46,718 nucleotides of DNA from Candidatus Iainarchaeum sp. (GCA_028713495.1 JAQTOF010000002.1:1-46718), one strand, 5' to 3'. Positions 33,497-41,149 are shown, counted from the stretch's first letter. Notes: generated by a model not told the origin, from the letters alone. Program-made: numbers and translations.

Positions 33497-33802
33497 ATGA
33501 CAAAAGTAAGGATCAAGCTCAGCGGCGAGGACCCGACAGCCCTCGACAACGTGGTTTCCCAGATAAAGAACCTGTCCGACAGCCTCAGCATGACGTTCAT
33601 TGGGCCAGTCAGGCTTCCAAGGAGGAAGATGGAGATCGCCTGCAGGAGGACTCCCTGCGGCGATGGGACAGACACCTACGAGCACTGGGAGAAGAGGGTC
33701 CATAAGAGGCTCTGCGACGTGGAAGGCGACGAGAAGATGATAAAGCAGATCCTCAGGATAAAGGTCCCGACCAACGTCTTCGTCAAGATAAACCTCAGCT
33801 GA
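33497..33802 (+). CDS. rps10: 30S ribosomal protein uS10.
   Basis: In the ORF track. KVRIKLSGEDPTALDNVVSQIK...GPVRLPRRK...WEKRVHKRLCDVEGDEKMIKQILRIKVP is the archaeal S10 pattern. GAGGT Shine-Dalgarno at 33486-33490. Confidence 0.95.
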   Translation: MTKVRIKLSGEDPTALDNVVSQIKNLSDSLSMTFIGPVRLPRRKMEIACRRTPCGDGTDTYEHWEKRVHKRLCDVEGDEKMIKQILRIKVPTNVFVKINLS

Positions 33803-33811
33803 CTTCTTTTC

Positions 33812-34279
33812 ATGAAGTTCCTTTTCGACGAGATGCTCAAACGCACCGCATCATGGTGCAGGATATTCGGCCTGGATGTCGAATTCCTGCCAGGCAAGAC
33901 CGACAGCGCGCTTCTCGAATACGCCGAAACCAACAAACTCGTTTTCGTTACCCGTGATGTGGAACTGGCGGAGCGCTGCGCGAAACATGGTGTGACGCGC
34001 ATTTTTGTCACGAGTGATGACCGCGAGGAGCAGATAGCCCAGATCGTGCGGGAAACAGGAGCCAGGCTGTCTTTTCCTGATGAGACCAGGTGCCCGGACT
34101 GCAATGGCATGCTGGCCGTGGCCGACCGGGCGAGCGTGGAAGGCGATGTGCCTGAGAAGGTGGCTGAGCGGAACGAAAGGTTCTGGCGCTGCACAGCATG
34201 CAAAAAGGTCTATTGGGAAGGCGGCCACTGGAAGAATATAACACGGGTGTATGAGAAAGTCAAGGCCCTCCTGGCTTAG
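33812..34279 (+). CDS. Mut7-C/DUF82 PIN-like RNase with a C-terminal zinc ribbon.
   Basis: In the ORF track. FDEMLKRTASWCRIFGLDV...FVTRD...RCPDCNG...WRCTACKKVYWEGGHW matches the Mut7-C layout. It starts 9 nt after rps10. Confidence 0.8.
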   Translation: MKFLFDEMLKRTASWCRIFGLDVEFLPGKTDSALLEYAETNKLVFVTRDVELAERCAKHGVTRIFVTSDDREEQIAQIVRETGARLSFPDETRCPDCNGMLAVADRASVEGDVPEKVAERNERFWRCTACKKVYWEGGHWKNITRVYEKVKALLA

Positions 34280-34566
34280 GCCTTCTTCAGCCGCTCCAGG
34301 GTGTAATTGCCTTTGGACTTGGATTCTTCCTTCGGCCCGAAATAGCTTTTCATTAGGGCATAGATGACGTACCAGACGCCGATCAAAGCGACGGCTATGC
34401 CGAAAAGCACGATGAGACCCAGCACACCGGCGGCCATGATGGCGCCTAGCAGGACCAGTGGCGAGCCGAAAGTGAAAAGGAACATCACCGCGGCTATCAC
34501 CAGCACCACCAGGAGAGCAAGGACCGCAAGGGACGCGGCCGCGGACAATATGTCGTTCTTGTCCAT
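34276..34566 (-). CDS. Small three-helix membrane protein.
   Basis: In the ORF track. It is almost entirely hydrophobic with a basic C-terminal tail. Confidence 0.55.
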   Translation of the reverse strand: MDKNDILSAAASLAVLALLVVLVIAAVMFLFTFGSPLVLLGAIMAAGVLGLIVLFGIAVALIGVWYVIYALMKSYFGPKEESKSKGNYTLERLKKA

Positions 34567-34569
34567 CGG

Positions 34570-35247
34570 TTAGCCCCTTGGTATATATTGGACGATCTTC
34601 TGGGCGACGCTGCTGGCAGGCATGCTCTGGAGCCATATCTTGCCTGGCCCTTCCATGGTGGCGAGGAACAGTCCTTCGCCTCCGAAGAGCATGTTCTTGA
34701 CGCCCTTGACCATCTCGACCTCGTATTTCACGCTGGGCTCGAACATGGCTATGGAGCCGGTGTCTACCTTGAGCTTCTCGCCGGCCTTGAGCTGCATCTC
34801 GAAGACTTCGCCGTCTATCTCAGCGAAGGCAGTGCCCTTGCCAGAGAGTTTCTGGAGCAGGAAGCCTTCACCGCCGAAAAGCCCGACACCGATCTTCTTC
34901 CTGAAGATGGTCTCCAGGTTCACGCTCTCTTCGGCAGCCAGGAAAGCGTCTTTCTGACATATCAGCTCCTTGCCAGGGGCGATCTCAAGCGGCAGTATCT
35001 TGCCAGGGAATGAAGGAGCGAACGATACGAGGCCTTTGCCGCCGGTGGTCTTGAATTTGACCATGAAAAGCGATTCTCCTGTGAACATTCTCCCGATACC
35101 GGCGCCCAGGCCGCCGCGCAGGTAGGATTCCATGTTCATATTGGCGCTCATCCAGGCCATTGCCCCGGATTCGCAGTATACCTCCTCGCCCTCGTTGAGT
35201 TCCACGCTCAGGATCTGCATCACTTCGCCTTCTATCTTATACTTCAT
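34570..35247 (-). CDS. AIM24/DUF124 (TIGR00266) family protein.
   Basis: In the ORF track. MKYKIEGEVMQILSVELNEGEEVYCESGAMAWM...TGESLFMVKF...FGGEGFLLQKLSGKGTAF...GGEGLFLATMEGPGKIWLQS is the characteristic pattern. Confidence 0.85.
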   Translation of the reverse strand: MKYKIEGEVMQILSVELNEGEEVYCESGAMAWMSANMNMESYLRGGLGAGIGRMFTGESLFMVKFKTTGGKGLVSFAPSFPGKILPLEIAPGKELICQKDAFLAAEESVNLETIFRKKIGVGLFGGEGFLLQKLSGKGTAFAEIDGEVFEMQLKAGEKLKVDTGSIAMFEPSVKYEVEMVKGVKNMLFGGEGLFLATMEGPGKIWLQSMPASSVAQKIVQYIPRG

Positions 35248-35360
35248 AACGAACGCCTCCGTAAAACGAGCTGCGATAACACTGGCTCTCGAAAGATATT
35301 TAAGACAAACTATTGATTAAGATTCCACGACTTATATGTCATCATAGATTAGGTGAACTC

Positions 35361-35474
35361 ATGGGTGCTAAACCAAGAAAATGGAAGAAGAAGAACCGCA
35401 TGCGCTGGAAATGGGTCAAGAAGAAGCGCAAAAGGCTCAAGAGGAAGATGAAGAGAAGGGTAGGCGAGCTCTAA
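35361..35474 (+). CDS. rpl41e: 50S ribosomal protein eL41 (37 aa).
   Basis: Too short for the ORF track. ATG 35361 is preceded by AGGTGA (35351-35356). It translates to MGAKPRKWKKKNRMRWKWVKKKRKRLKRKMKRRVGEL and stops at TAA 35472-35474. RKWKKK.RMRWKW.KK...RLKR is the archaeal L41e signature. Confidence 0.8.
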   Translation: MGAKPRKWKKKNRMRWKWVKKKRKRLKRKMKRRVGEL

Positions 35475-35482
35475 CGTCATAG

Positions 35483-35490
35483 TTTATAAA
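35483..35490 (+). promoter_or_regulatory. TATA box upstream of the rpl1-rpl10-rpl12 operon.
   Basis: tttataaa. The predicted leader of ~35-40 nt contains the hairpin CTACTC-AGGG-GAGTAG (35525-35540) abutting the GGAGG Shine-Dalgarno. Confidence 0.45.
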
Positions 35491-35552
35491 TCAATCCACG
35501 GATAAACGCATTTACCCGTAATCACTACTCAGGGGAGTAGGAGGGCTTCATT

Positions 35553-35783
35553 ATGGACAAAAAGAAACTGGCCGACGGCATCGCCAAGGCTTTGGAAGAC
35601 AAAGGGAAGAAGAAATTCAAGCAGAGCGTAGAGTTAATAATAAACATGCGCGGCATCGACTTCGCGAAGAGCGAGAACAGGCTCAACCTCGATATCGTCC
35701 TTCCGAAAGGCAAGGGCGGCAAGGAGCTGAAATCAGCTGTCTTCGCCGAGGGCAACATGGCTGACGAGGCCAGAAGGGCGTAA
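35553..35783 (+). CDS. rpl1: 50S ribosomal protein uL1, N-terminal 76 codons, ending at an in-frame TAA (35781-35783).
   Basis: In the ORF track. GGAGG at ~35540-35545. KFKQSVELIINMRGIDFAKSENRLNLDIVLPKGKG is the L1 N-terminal pattern. The same frame continues as L1 after the stop. Confidence 0.85.
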   Translation: MDKKKLADGIAKALEDKGKKKFKQSVELIINMRGIDFAKSENRLNLDIVLPKGKGGKELKSAVFAEGNMADEARRA

Positions 35784-35885
35784 GCAGACCTGATAATCAC
35801 GCCCAACGACATCCCGGCCTATGCCGAACCTGCCAGGGTATCCGACCTGGCTGACAACTACTCACTGCTGGCCCAGCCCAACCTG

Positions 35886-36185
35886 ATGGGAGCTGTGGCG
35901 AAATCGCTTGGTCAGGTCCTCGGTAAGAGGGGCAAGCTGCCCAAGCCGATAACAGGCAACCTCGCGGAACTGCTGGAAAGGTCCAAGAAGACCGTGAGGA
36001 TAGCATCCAAAGGCAAATACCTGCCAGTGGCCCAGGCCCTCATAGGCACCGAAGCGATGTCATTGGATGACCTCGTGGAGAACGCAGAGACTGTCTACGA
36101 GGCTGTGAAGAACAAGGTCAACGAGGGCAACATCAAGTCGGTGTATGTCAAGCTGACCATGGGCAGGCCTGCGAGGATTGTATAG
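35886..36185 (+). CDS. rpl1: 50S ribosomal protein uL1, C-terminal part. It is in the same frame as 35553..35783, and L1-like sequence already resumes at 35784.
   Basis: In the ORF track (from the first ATG). Codons 35784-35885 read ADLIITPNDIPAYAEPARVSDLADNYSLLAQPNL, followed by MGAVAKSLGQVLGKRGKLPKPI...VYVKLTMG, which are the conserved L1 motifs. Confidence 0.85.
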   Translation: MGAVAKSLGQVLGKRGKLPKPITGNLAELLERSKKTVRIASKGKYLPVAQALIGTEAMSLDDLVENAETVYEAVKNKVNEGNIKSVYVKLTMGRPARIV

Positions 36186-36193
36186 GTGATCAT

Positions 36194-37051
36194 ATGGCTT
36201 ACAAGGCTGACACTAACAGGAAATCAGTGAAGAAAAAGATGGAGCAGGTCCAGACAGCTGTCGCTGACATGAAGAAATACAAGACAGTCATCATGCTGGA
36301 CCTCAGAAAGCTGCCGGATGCACTCCTCCAATCACTGAGGAGGAAAGTGAGGCAGGATGGCGGGCAGATGCTGGTCCTCAAGAAACCAGTGGTGAGCAGG
36401 GTGCTCCAGGCCAACAAGAAGCTCTCTGCCAAGGTATCAGAGTGCGACAAGCCTGTGGCGCTCATATATACCAACAAGTCCGCATATGAGATGAACACGT
36501 TCTTCAAGCAGCACAAGAAGAAGAGGGCGGCCAAGATAGGCGATGTTGCCCTGGCAGATATAATAGTGCCAGAAGGCGAGACCGACCTGCCGCCAGGACC
36601 AGCGCTCTCCGAGCTGAAGGCCGGGGGGCTGAATGTCCAGATAAAGGGCGGCAAGATAGTGGTCGCGAAGGAGAGCAAGGTTGCCAAGGCCGGAGAGAAA
36701 CTCACCGTGCCCAAGATCAAGGCTCTCCAGACCCTGAACGTCATGCCGTTCGAGATCATGGCCAACATGATATTCGGCTATGACGGCGAGTATATCTATG
36801 CCAGGGAACTGCTGGATATGGGAGATACGATAAACACGGATCTCGCTTCCGGACTGTCCCAGGCCATGAACCTCTCGCTGAACGTGAGCTACCCGACCGG
36901 ACAGAACATAAAGGTCCTCCTGGGGGAGGCTGTCAGGCAGTCGCTCAATCTCTCGCTGAACGCGAGCATATACTCATCAAGCTCCATGGAGCAGCTTCTC
37001 TCCTCTGCCGTAAGGCAGGGAATGGCTCTGGAGAGCTTGGGAAAGAAATGA
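36194..37051 (+). CDS. rpl10: 50S ribosomal stalk protein uL10 (P0), lacking the usual acidic C-terminal tail.
   Basis: In the ORF track. AGGTGATC Shine-Dalgarno at 36184-36191. KYKTVIMLDLRKLPDALLQSLRRKVR, then a stalk-helix region. It ends ...ALESLGKK. Confidence 0.9.
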   Translation: MAYKADTNRKSVKKKMEQVQTAVADMKKYKTVIMLDLRKLPDALLQSLRRKVRQDGGQMLVLKKPVVSRVLQANKKLSAKVSECDKPVALIYTNKSAYEMNTFFKQHKKKRAAKIGDVALADIIVPEGETDLPPGPALSELKAGGLNVQIKGGKIVVAKESKVAKAGEKLTVPKIKALQTLNVMPFEIMANMIFGYDGEYIYARELLDMGDTINTDLASGLSQAMNLSLNVSYPTGQNIKVLLGEAVRQSLNLSLNASIYSSSSMEQLLSSAVRQGMALESLGKK

Positions 37052-37063
37052 AGAGGTGTTGAT

Positions 37064-37375
37064 ATGACGAAGGTAGATCCATATTTGCATGCCGTGCTCG
37101 TATTGCACGGTGCTGGCAAGGAAGTAACCAAGGAAGGCATAGTAGCCGTAGTCAAGGCAAGCGGCGCTGAGGTAGATGATGCCCGCGCGAAAGTGCTCGC
37201 CGAAGCGGTGAAGGGAGTGAACTTCGAGGACCTCCTCAAGCAGTCCATGATGGTCGCCGCTGCACCTGCAGCTGCTGCTCCTGCTGCTGCCGAGGCCAAG
37301 AAGGAAGAGAAGAAAGAGGATGAAGGCAAGAGGGAAGAGCAGGCTGCTGAAGGCTTGGCTTCGCTGTTCGGCTGA
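37064..37375 (+). CDS. rpl12: 50S ribosomal stalk protein P1 (aL12).
   Basis: In the ORF track. LHAVLVLHGAGKEVTKEGIVAVVKASGAEVDDARAKVL, an Ala-rich hinge, and an acidic tail ending EGLASLFG. Confidence 0.95.
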   Translation: MTKVDPYLHAVLVLHGAGKEVTKEGIVAVVKASGAEVDDARAKVLAEAVKGVNFEDLLKQSMMVAAAPAAAAPAAAEAKKEEKKEDEGKREEQAAEGLASLFG

Positions 37376-37377
37376 AA

Positions 37378-37425
37378 TCTTTTCTTTCTTTTTATCTTAT
37401 TTTTATTTTCCTTTTTCCTATTTAT
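37378..37425 (+). terminator. Oligo-T/pyrimidine-rich archaeal terminator after rpl12.
   Basis: tcttttctttctttttatcttatttttattttcctttttcc lies immediately after the TGA. It contains several T4-T5 runs. Confidence 0.55.
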
Positions 37426-37451
37426 CCCTCATCCTGAACCATGTGAAAACC

Positions 37452-37459
37452 TATTTATT
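37452..37459 (+). promoter_or_regulatory. TATA-like box upstream of the R15P isomerase/AMP phosphorylase operon.
   Basis: tatttatt lies 25 nt upstream of ATG 37481 with no Shine-Dalgarno between, consistent with a leaderless start. Confidence 0.4.
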
Positions 37460-37480
37460 CCTAGTCCCTGTTAGTAGGGC

Positions 37481-38410
37481 ATGCACAGGGATGTGAAGAA
37501 GACCATAGGCGACATAAAATCCCTGAAGATACAGGGCGCCCGCAACGTGGCGAAAGCAGCGATGAAAGCCCTGGCTGTCGCTGCCAAGGATTCCAAGACC
37601 AGGAGCGCAGCCTCTTTCTGCAAGGAGATGTCGCATACGGCAGAGGCGCTGTCGCTCAGCAGGCCTACCGAGCCCATGATGAGGAACATCCTGGACGAAG
37701 CTGTCAGGTTCGCTTCAGGCACTGCGAAAAAAGAGAAGAATGCCACTGAACTGAGGAGGCTGCTGGTGCTCCATGAGAAGGAGATGCTGGCACGGCTGGA
37801 TGAGGAAGCAGAGAAGCTGGCCGAATGCGGGGCGAGGATAATACCTGATGGCGCGATCGTGCTCACGCACTGCCATTCCTCCACGTCCACAGCGGTGCTG
37901 ATAAAAGCGAAAAAGATGCACAAGAAGTTCTCGGTGGTTGCTTTCGAGACGCGACCGCGTTATCAGGGCAGGATAACCGCCGCAGAGCTGGCCAGGGCAG
38001 GCATAGATGTCACCCTCTCGGTGGATGGCGGCATGAACATGTTCATGAAGAAAGCGGACATCGTCATCGTGGGCGCTGATTCGGTGACATCGCGCGGCGA
38101 CCTGATAAACAAGATAGGGACCTCGACATTGGCGCACATAGCGCGGCTCAACGACGTCTCATTCTACAGCGCTGCCGAGCTGTTCAAGTACAGCCCGATG
38201 ACCATGTTCGGGACAAGGGAGAAGATAGAGGAAAGGGATCCGGCAGAGGTATGGGACAAGCCGCCCAAAGGGGTGAAGATACGTAACCCGGCGTTTGAGG
38301 CCACTGCCGCGAAATATATCAACGGCTACATCACAGAGATAGGCGTGATACCGCCGCAATCTTTCTTCACGATGGCGACCCAGAAGCTGGGCATACGACT
38401 CTATGAATAA
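37481..38410 (+). CDS. Ribose-1,5-bisphosphate isomerase (eIF-2B alpha/beta/delta-like, e2b2 type).
   Basis: In the ORF track. IQGARNVAKAA, RPTEPMMRN, VLTHCHSSTS, FETRPRYQGR, VIVGADSV...GDLINKIGT. A TATA-like box at 37452-37459 lies 25 nt upstream (leaderless start). Confidence 0.85.
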   Translation: MHRDVKKTIGDIKSLKIQGARNVAKAAMKALAVAAKDSKTRSAASFCKEMSHTAEALSLSRPTEPMMRNILDEAVRFASGTAKKEKNATELRRLLVLHEKEMLARLDEEAEKLAECGARIIPDGAIVLTHCHSSTSTAVLIKAKKMHKKFSVVAFETRPRYQGRITAAELARAGIDVTLSVDGGMNMFMKKADIVIVGADSVTSRGDLINKIGTSTLAHIARLNDVSFYSAAELFKYSPMTMFGTREKIEERDPAEVWDKPPKGVKIRNPAFEATAAKYINGYITEIGVIPPQSFFTMATQKLGIRLYE

Positions 38411-38422
38411 TCACGAGGGATC

Positions 38423-39988
38423 ATGATGGTCGAATACGTAGAGAAACAGATCAAGAAGGTCGATGTTTGGAAGCTGAAGACATATGTCTGCAAGGTCAAG
38501 CCGATGGATATCTTCACCGGCAAGAACATAATCGTGCTCAACAAGAGCGAGGCCCAGGAGCACGATATCTATTCCGGCTACCGCACCGAGATGCGGCATG
38601 ACGGCAGGAGCGCTGTCGTCATAGTGGATGTGAGCGACGAGATAGTAGAACCGGGCGAAGTGGGGGTCTTCAGGGACCTGGCGAGCTGGCACAAGCTGAA
38701 GAAAGGAGACACTGTCGAGATCGTCCACATGGACCGCCCTGAATCTATAGGATACATCAAAAAGAAGCTCGACAAGGAGGCGCTCCGCGAGAGCGAGATA
38801 AAGACAATAGTGAAGGAGATAATGCAGGACAAGCTGAGCGAGATAGAGACATCGGCATGGATAACCGGGGCTTACATAAACGGGCTGTCCGACGAAGAGA
38901 TAATCGCGCTTGCCCATGCCACCGTGGAATCAGGCGAACAGCTCAACCTTGGGAAGCACCCGATCGTGGACAAGCATTGCATAGGCGGCGTCGCAGGCAA
39001 CAGGACGACCATGGTCATGGTGCCGATAATCGCCGCTGCAGGGCTCTACATGCCGAAAACATCCTCCCGTTCCATAACATCCGCCTCAGGCACAGCAGAC
39101 ACCATGGAGGTACTCTCCAATGTCACGTTCTCCATAGAAGAGCTACGCTCCATTGTGCTCAAGGCGAAAGGAGCGATAGTCTGGGGAGGCGGCATGAAGC
39201 TGGCGCCTGTGGACGACAGGCTCATCAGGATAAGGCATCCGCTCAGCCTCGACCCGGAGGGCATGTTGCTGGCGAGCATCCTGGGCAAGAAGAAGAGCGT
39301 AGGGGCAGAGAGCATCATAATAGACGTCCCGGTCGGCCGCGGCGTTAAGGTGCCCTATGTGGAAAGAGGCAACGAACTCGCCAAGCACTTCATACGGATC
39401 GGAGACAAGATGAACATGAAGATAGAGGCGCTGATAACCGATGGCGCAGAGCCTGTGGGCAACGGCGTCGGGCCTGGCCTGGAATGCGTAGACGTGCTGG
39501 AGGTGCTCCAGGGCAGCGGACCTGACGACCTCAGGCACAAGAGCCTCCTCATGGCCGGCAAGCTCCTGGAGCTGAGCGGCAAGGTGGACAGGGGCAAGGG
39601 CTATGCTGCGGCTGAAGGCATTGTGAACAGCGGTAAGGCGATGGCCAAATTCATGGAAATTGTTGAATTACAGGGCGGTAATCCGAAGCTCAAGGTGTCA
39701 GACATAGCGCTCGGCTCATATACCCACACTGTGACATCGGATGCAGCAGGCAGCATATTCCACATAGACAACAAGACGATGTCGAAGATAGCCAGGATAG
39801 CAGGCGCCCCCCGCGATAAAGGGGCAGGCGTGCTCATCCATAGGGTGAGGGGCGATAGAGTGGATGTAGGCGACAAGGTTTTCACCATATTCGCCGAGAG
39901 CGAAGCCAAGCTTGATTTCGCGCTCAAGGCCCTGAAGGACCTGGAACCCATAGAGATGAGGAAGATGCTGCTGGGCAGCGTGAAATAG
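38423..39988 (+). CDS. deoA: AMP phosphorylase (thymidine phosphorylase family).
   Basis: In the ORF track. An N-terminal extension is followed by DKHCIGGVAGNRTTMVMVPIIAAAG...TSSRSITSASGTADTMEVL and the C-terminal PYNP domain. It starts 12 nt after the isomerase gene. Confidence 0.9.
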   Translation: MMVEYVEKQIKKVDVWKLKTYVCKVKPMDIFTGKNIIVLNKSEAQEHDIYSGYRTEMRHDGRSAVVIVDVSDEIVEPGEVGVFRDLASWHKLKKGDTVEIVHMDRPESIGYIKKKLDKEALRESEIKTIVKEIMQDKLSEIETSAWITGAYINGLSDEEIIALAHATVESGEQLNLGKHPIVDKHCIGGVAGNRTTMVMVPIIAAAGLYMPKTSSRSITSASGTADTMEVLSNVTFSIEELRSIVLKAKGAIVWGGGMKLAPVDDRLIRIRHPLSLDPEGMLLASILGKKKSVGAESIIIDVPVGRGVKVPYVERGNELAKHFIRIGDKMNMKIEALITDGAEPVGNGVGPGLECVDVLEVLQGSGPDDLRHKSLLMAGKLLELSGKVDRGKGYAAAEGIVNSGKAMAKFMEIVELQGGNPKLKVSDIALGSYTHTVTSDAAGSIFHIDNKTMSKIARIAGAPRDKGAGVLIHRVRGDRVDVGDKVFTIFAESEAKLDFALKALKDLEPIEMRKMLLGSVK

Positions 39989-41047
39989 CTAGGATACGGA
40001 CGCCAGCCGCCTCAATGCTTTTTCTTTTTCGCTTCCTTTAGCTTCTGCCAGGATGTCCCTGAGGAAGGATATCGAATGGTCGTAGTTGGATCTGTCCACC
40101 GGATAGGGGATCCCATCTTTCCCTCCATGGGCGAACGAGTATTTCACAGGGTCTTTCCAGTCCAATTCCGTGCCGTGGATGAGCCTTGCGACTAAAGCCA
40201 GAGCACGCAGCTTCTTTCCGCCCATGCCTTTGAGGCAGACCAGCTCCTCATAATTCTGCGGCTGCAGCTCATAGGCGTTCTGGAGCAGCTGCCAGTCTTT
40301 GCCGCTGAGATCGCATGGGAGGATTTCGTGACGTTCCGGCATGCTGGTATGGTCATCGGAGAGAGTGGTCTGGCCTGTGAAGTATCTGCGCAGATGGATG
40401 GGATTGTCATTGACCAGGTCAAGTGAGACTTTCCTGGCGTCTTCACTTACATCGCTCACCAGGTTGAGCGCGCTCGGCTCTGCGATCCCGGCGATCTTGT
40501 CAGGCGGGTCGTCCACGAACGTTTCTGCATCGAACCAGTGGTATCTCCTCGCATATCCATTGGCGTCGTTCATGCCTTGCTGCACTACTGCCCAATTGCC
40601 ATTCTCGTCGAAAAAGAAGCAATGATGATAGAGCTCGTAGCCGGCCTGGATGCATGAGGAATCCACCTTAGCTGACAGATAGCTCGCTTTCTTCAATCTC
40701 GCGCCATCCAAATTAAACTTACCTGCGCTCGCGTCGATCTCGCTCGGTGTTTTCCTTGAGGTTTTTCCCTTGCCGCCGCAGACGACTATGCCCATATCGC
40801 TCGTTATGGCTTCCTTTAGAGCGCCGCAGGTGGTGGTTGTGGTTCCGCTCGAGTGCCAATCGAATCCTATGACGCAGCTGAGGGCCTGGAAGAACATGGG
40901 ATCGGAGATGCGCTTCAGGAGTTCGGTCGTTCCGTAACTGTCTATTATCAGGCGGCTTATCTCCTTGGTGAGAGGTTTCATCCTCTGGAAAAGCCAGGCT
41001 GGGCATTTGCCTGGATGGAGCGGGAGAGATACGGTTCCGGTCCTCAT
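39989..41047 (-). CDS. Conserved hypothetical protein, DUF763-like.
   Basis: In the ORF track. The N-terminus VSLPLHPGKCPAWLFQRMKPLTKEI resembles the DUF763 family as I recall it. No search was possible. Confidence 0.65.
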   Translation of the reverse strand: MRTGTVSLPLHPGKCPAWLFQRMKPLTKEISRLIIDSYGTTELLKRISDPMFFQALSCVIGFDWHSSGTTTTTCGALKEAITSDMGIVVCGGKGKTSRKTPSEIDASAGKFNLDGARLKKASYLSAKVDSSCIQAGYELYHHCFFFDENGNWAVVQQGMNDANGYARRYHWFDAETFVDDPPDKIAGIAEPSALNLVSDVSEDARKVSLDLVNDNPIHLRRYFTGQTTLSDDHTSMPERHEILPCDLSGKDWQLLQNAYELQPQNYEELVCLKGMGGKKLRALALVARLIHGTELDWKDPVKYSFAHGGKDGIPYPVDRSNYDHSISFLRDILAEAKGSEKEKALRRLASVS

Positions 41048-41109
41048 GGTGATGGAGGCGTTTCGGCGATTTAAATGGCTGATTAGGGGTCATTTCCGCA
41101 GCGATGGGG

Positions 41110-41135
41110 TTCCGGATAGTTTTTAAAAACCGGAA
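41110..41135 (+). promoter_or_regulatory. TATA box (tttttaaaaa, 41120-41129) bracketed by the inverted repeat TTCCGG-N14-CCGGAA.
   Basis: Read directly from the sequence. The TATA centre is 25 nt upstream of ATG 41150. The 6-bp arms are at 41110-41115 and 41130-41135. Confidence 0.4.
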
Positions 41136-41149
41136 TAGAATCCAGTTGC

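Noticed and set aside
33851-34636. 261-aa minus-strand ORF spanning the Mut7-C gene and the small membrane protein gene.
   Set aside because: Its composition is Arg/Pro/Gly-rich with no motif. It overlaps two ORFs that have recognisable features (a Mut7-C PIN plus Zn ribbon, and a hydrophobic three-helix protein).
35781-35783. Genome-wide reassignment of TAA to a sense codon, as an explanation for the stop inside rpl1.
   Set aside because: TAA cleanly terminates several well-delimited genes in this window (14454-14456, 18938-18940, 17004-17006, 27677-27679, 35472-35474), each followed by terminator-like tracts or the next gene's start.
41047-41100. Possible C/D-box sRNA (GUGAUGG at 41049-41055, CUGA at 41079-41082).
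   Set aside because: Box C is imperfect. The spacing between the box-like elements is 23 nt rather than the ~12 nt of archaeal C/D sRNAs. No terminal D box or stem is evident, and the first element overlaps the DUF763-like start codon.
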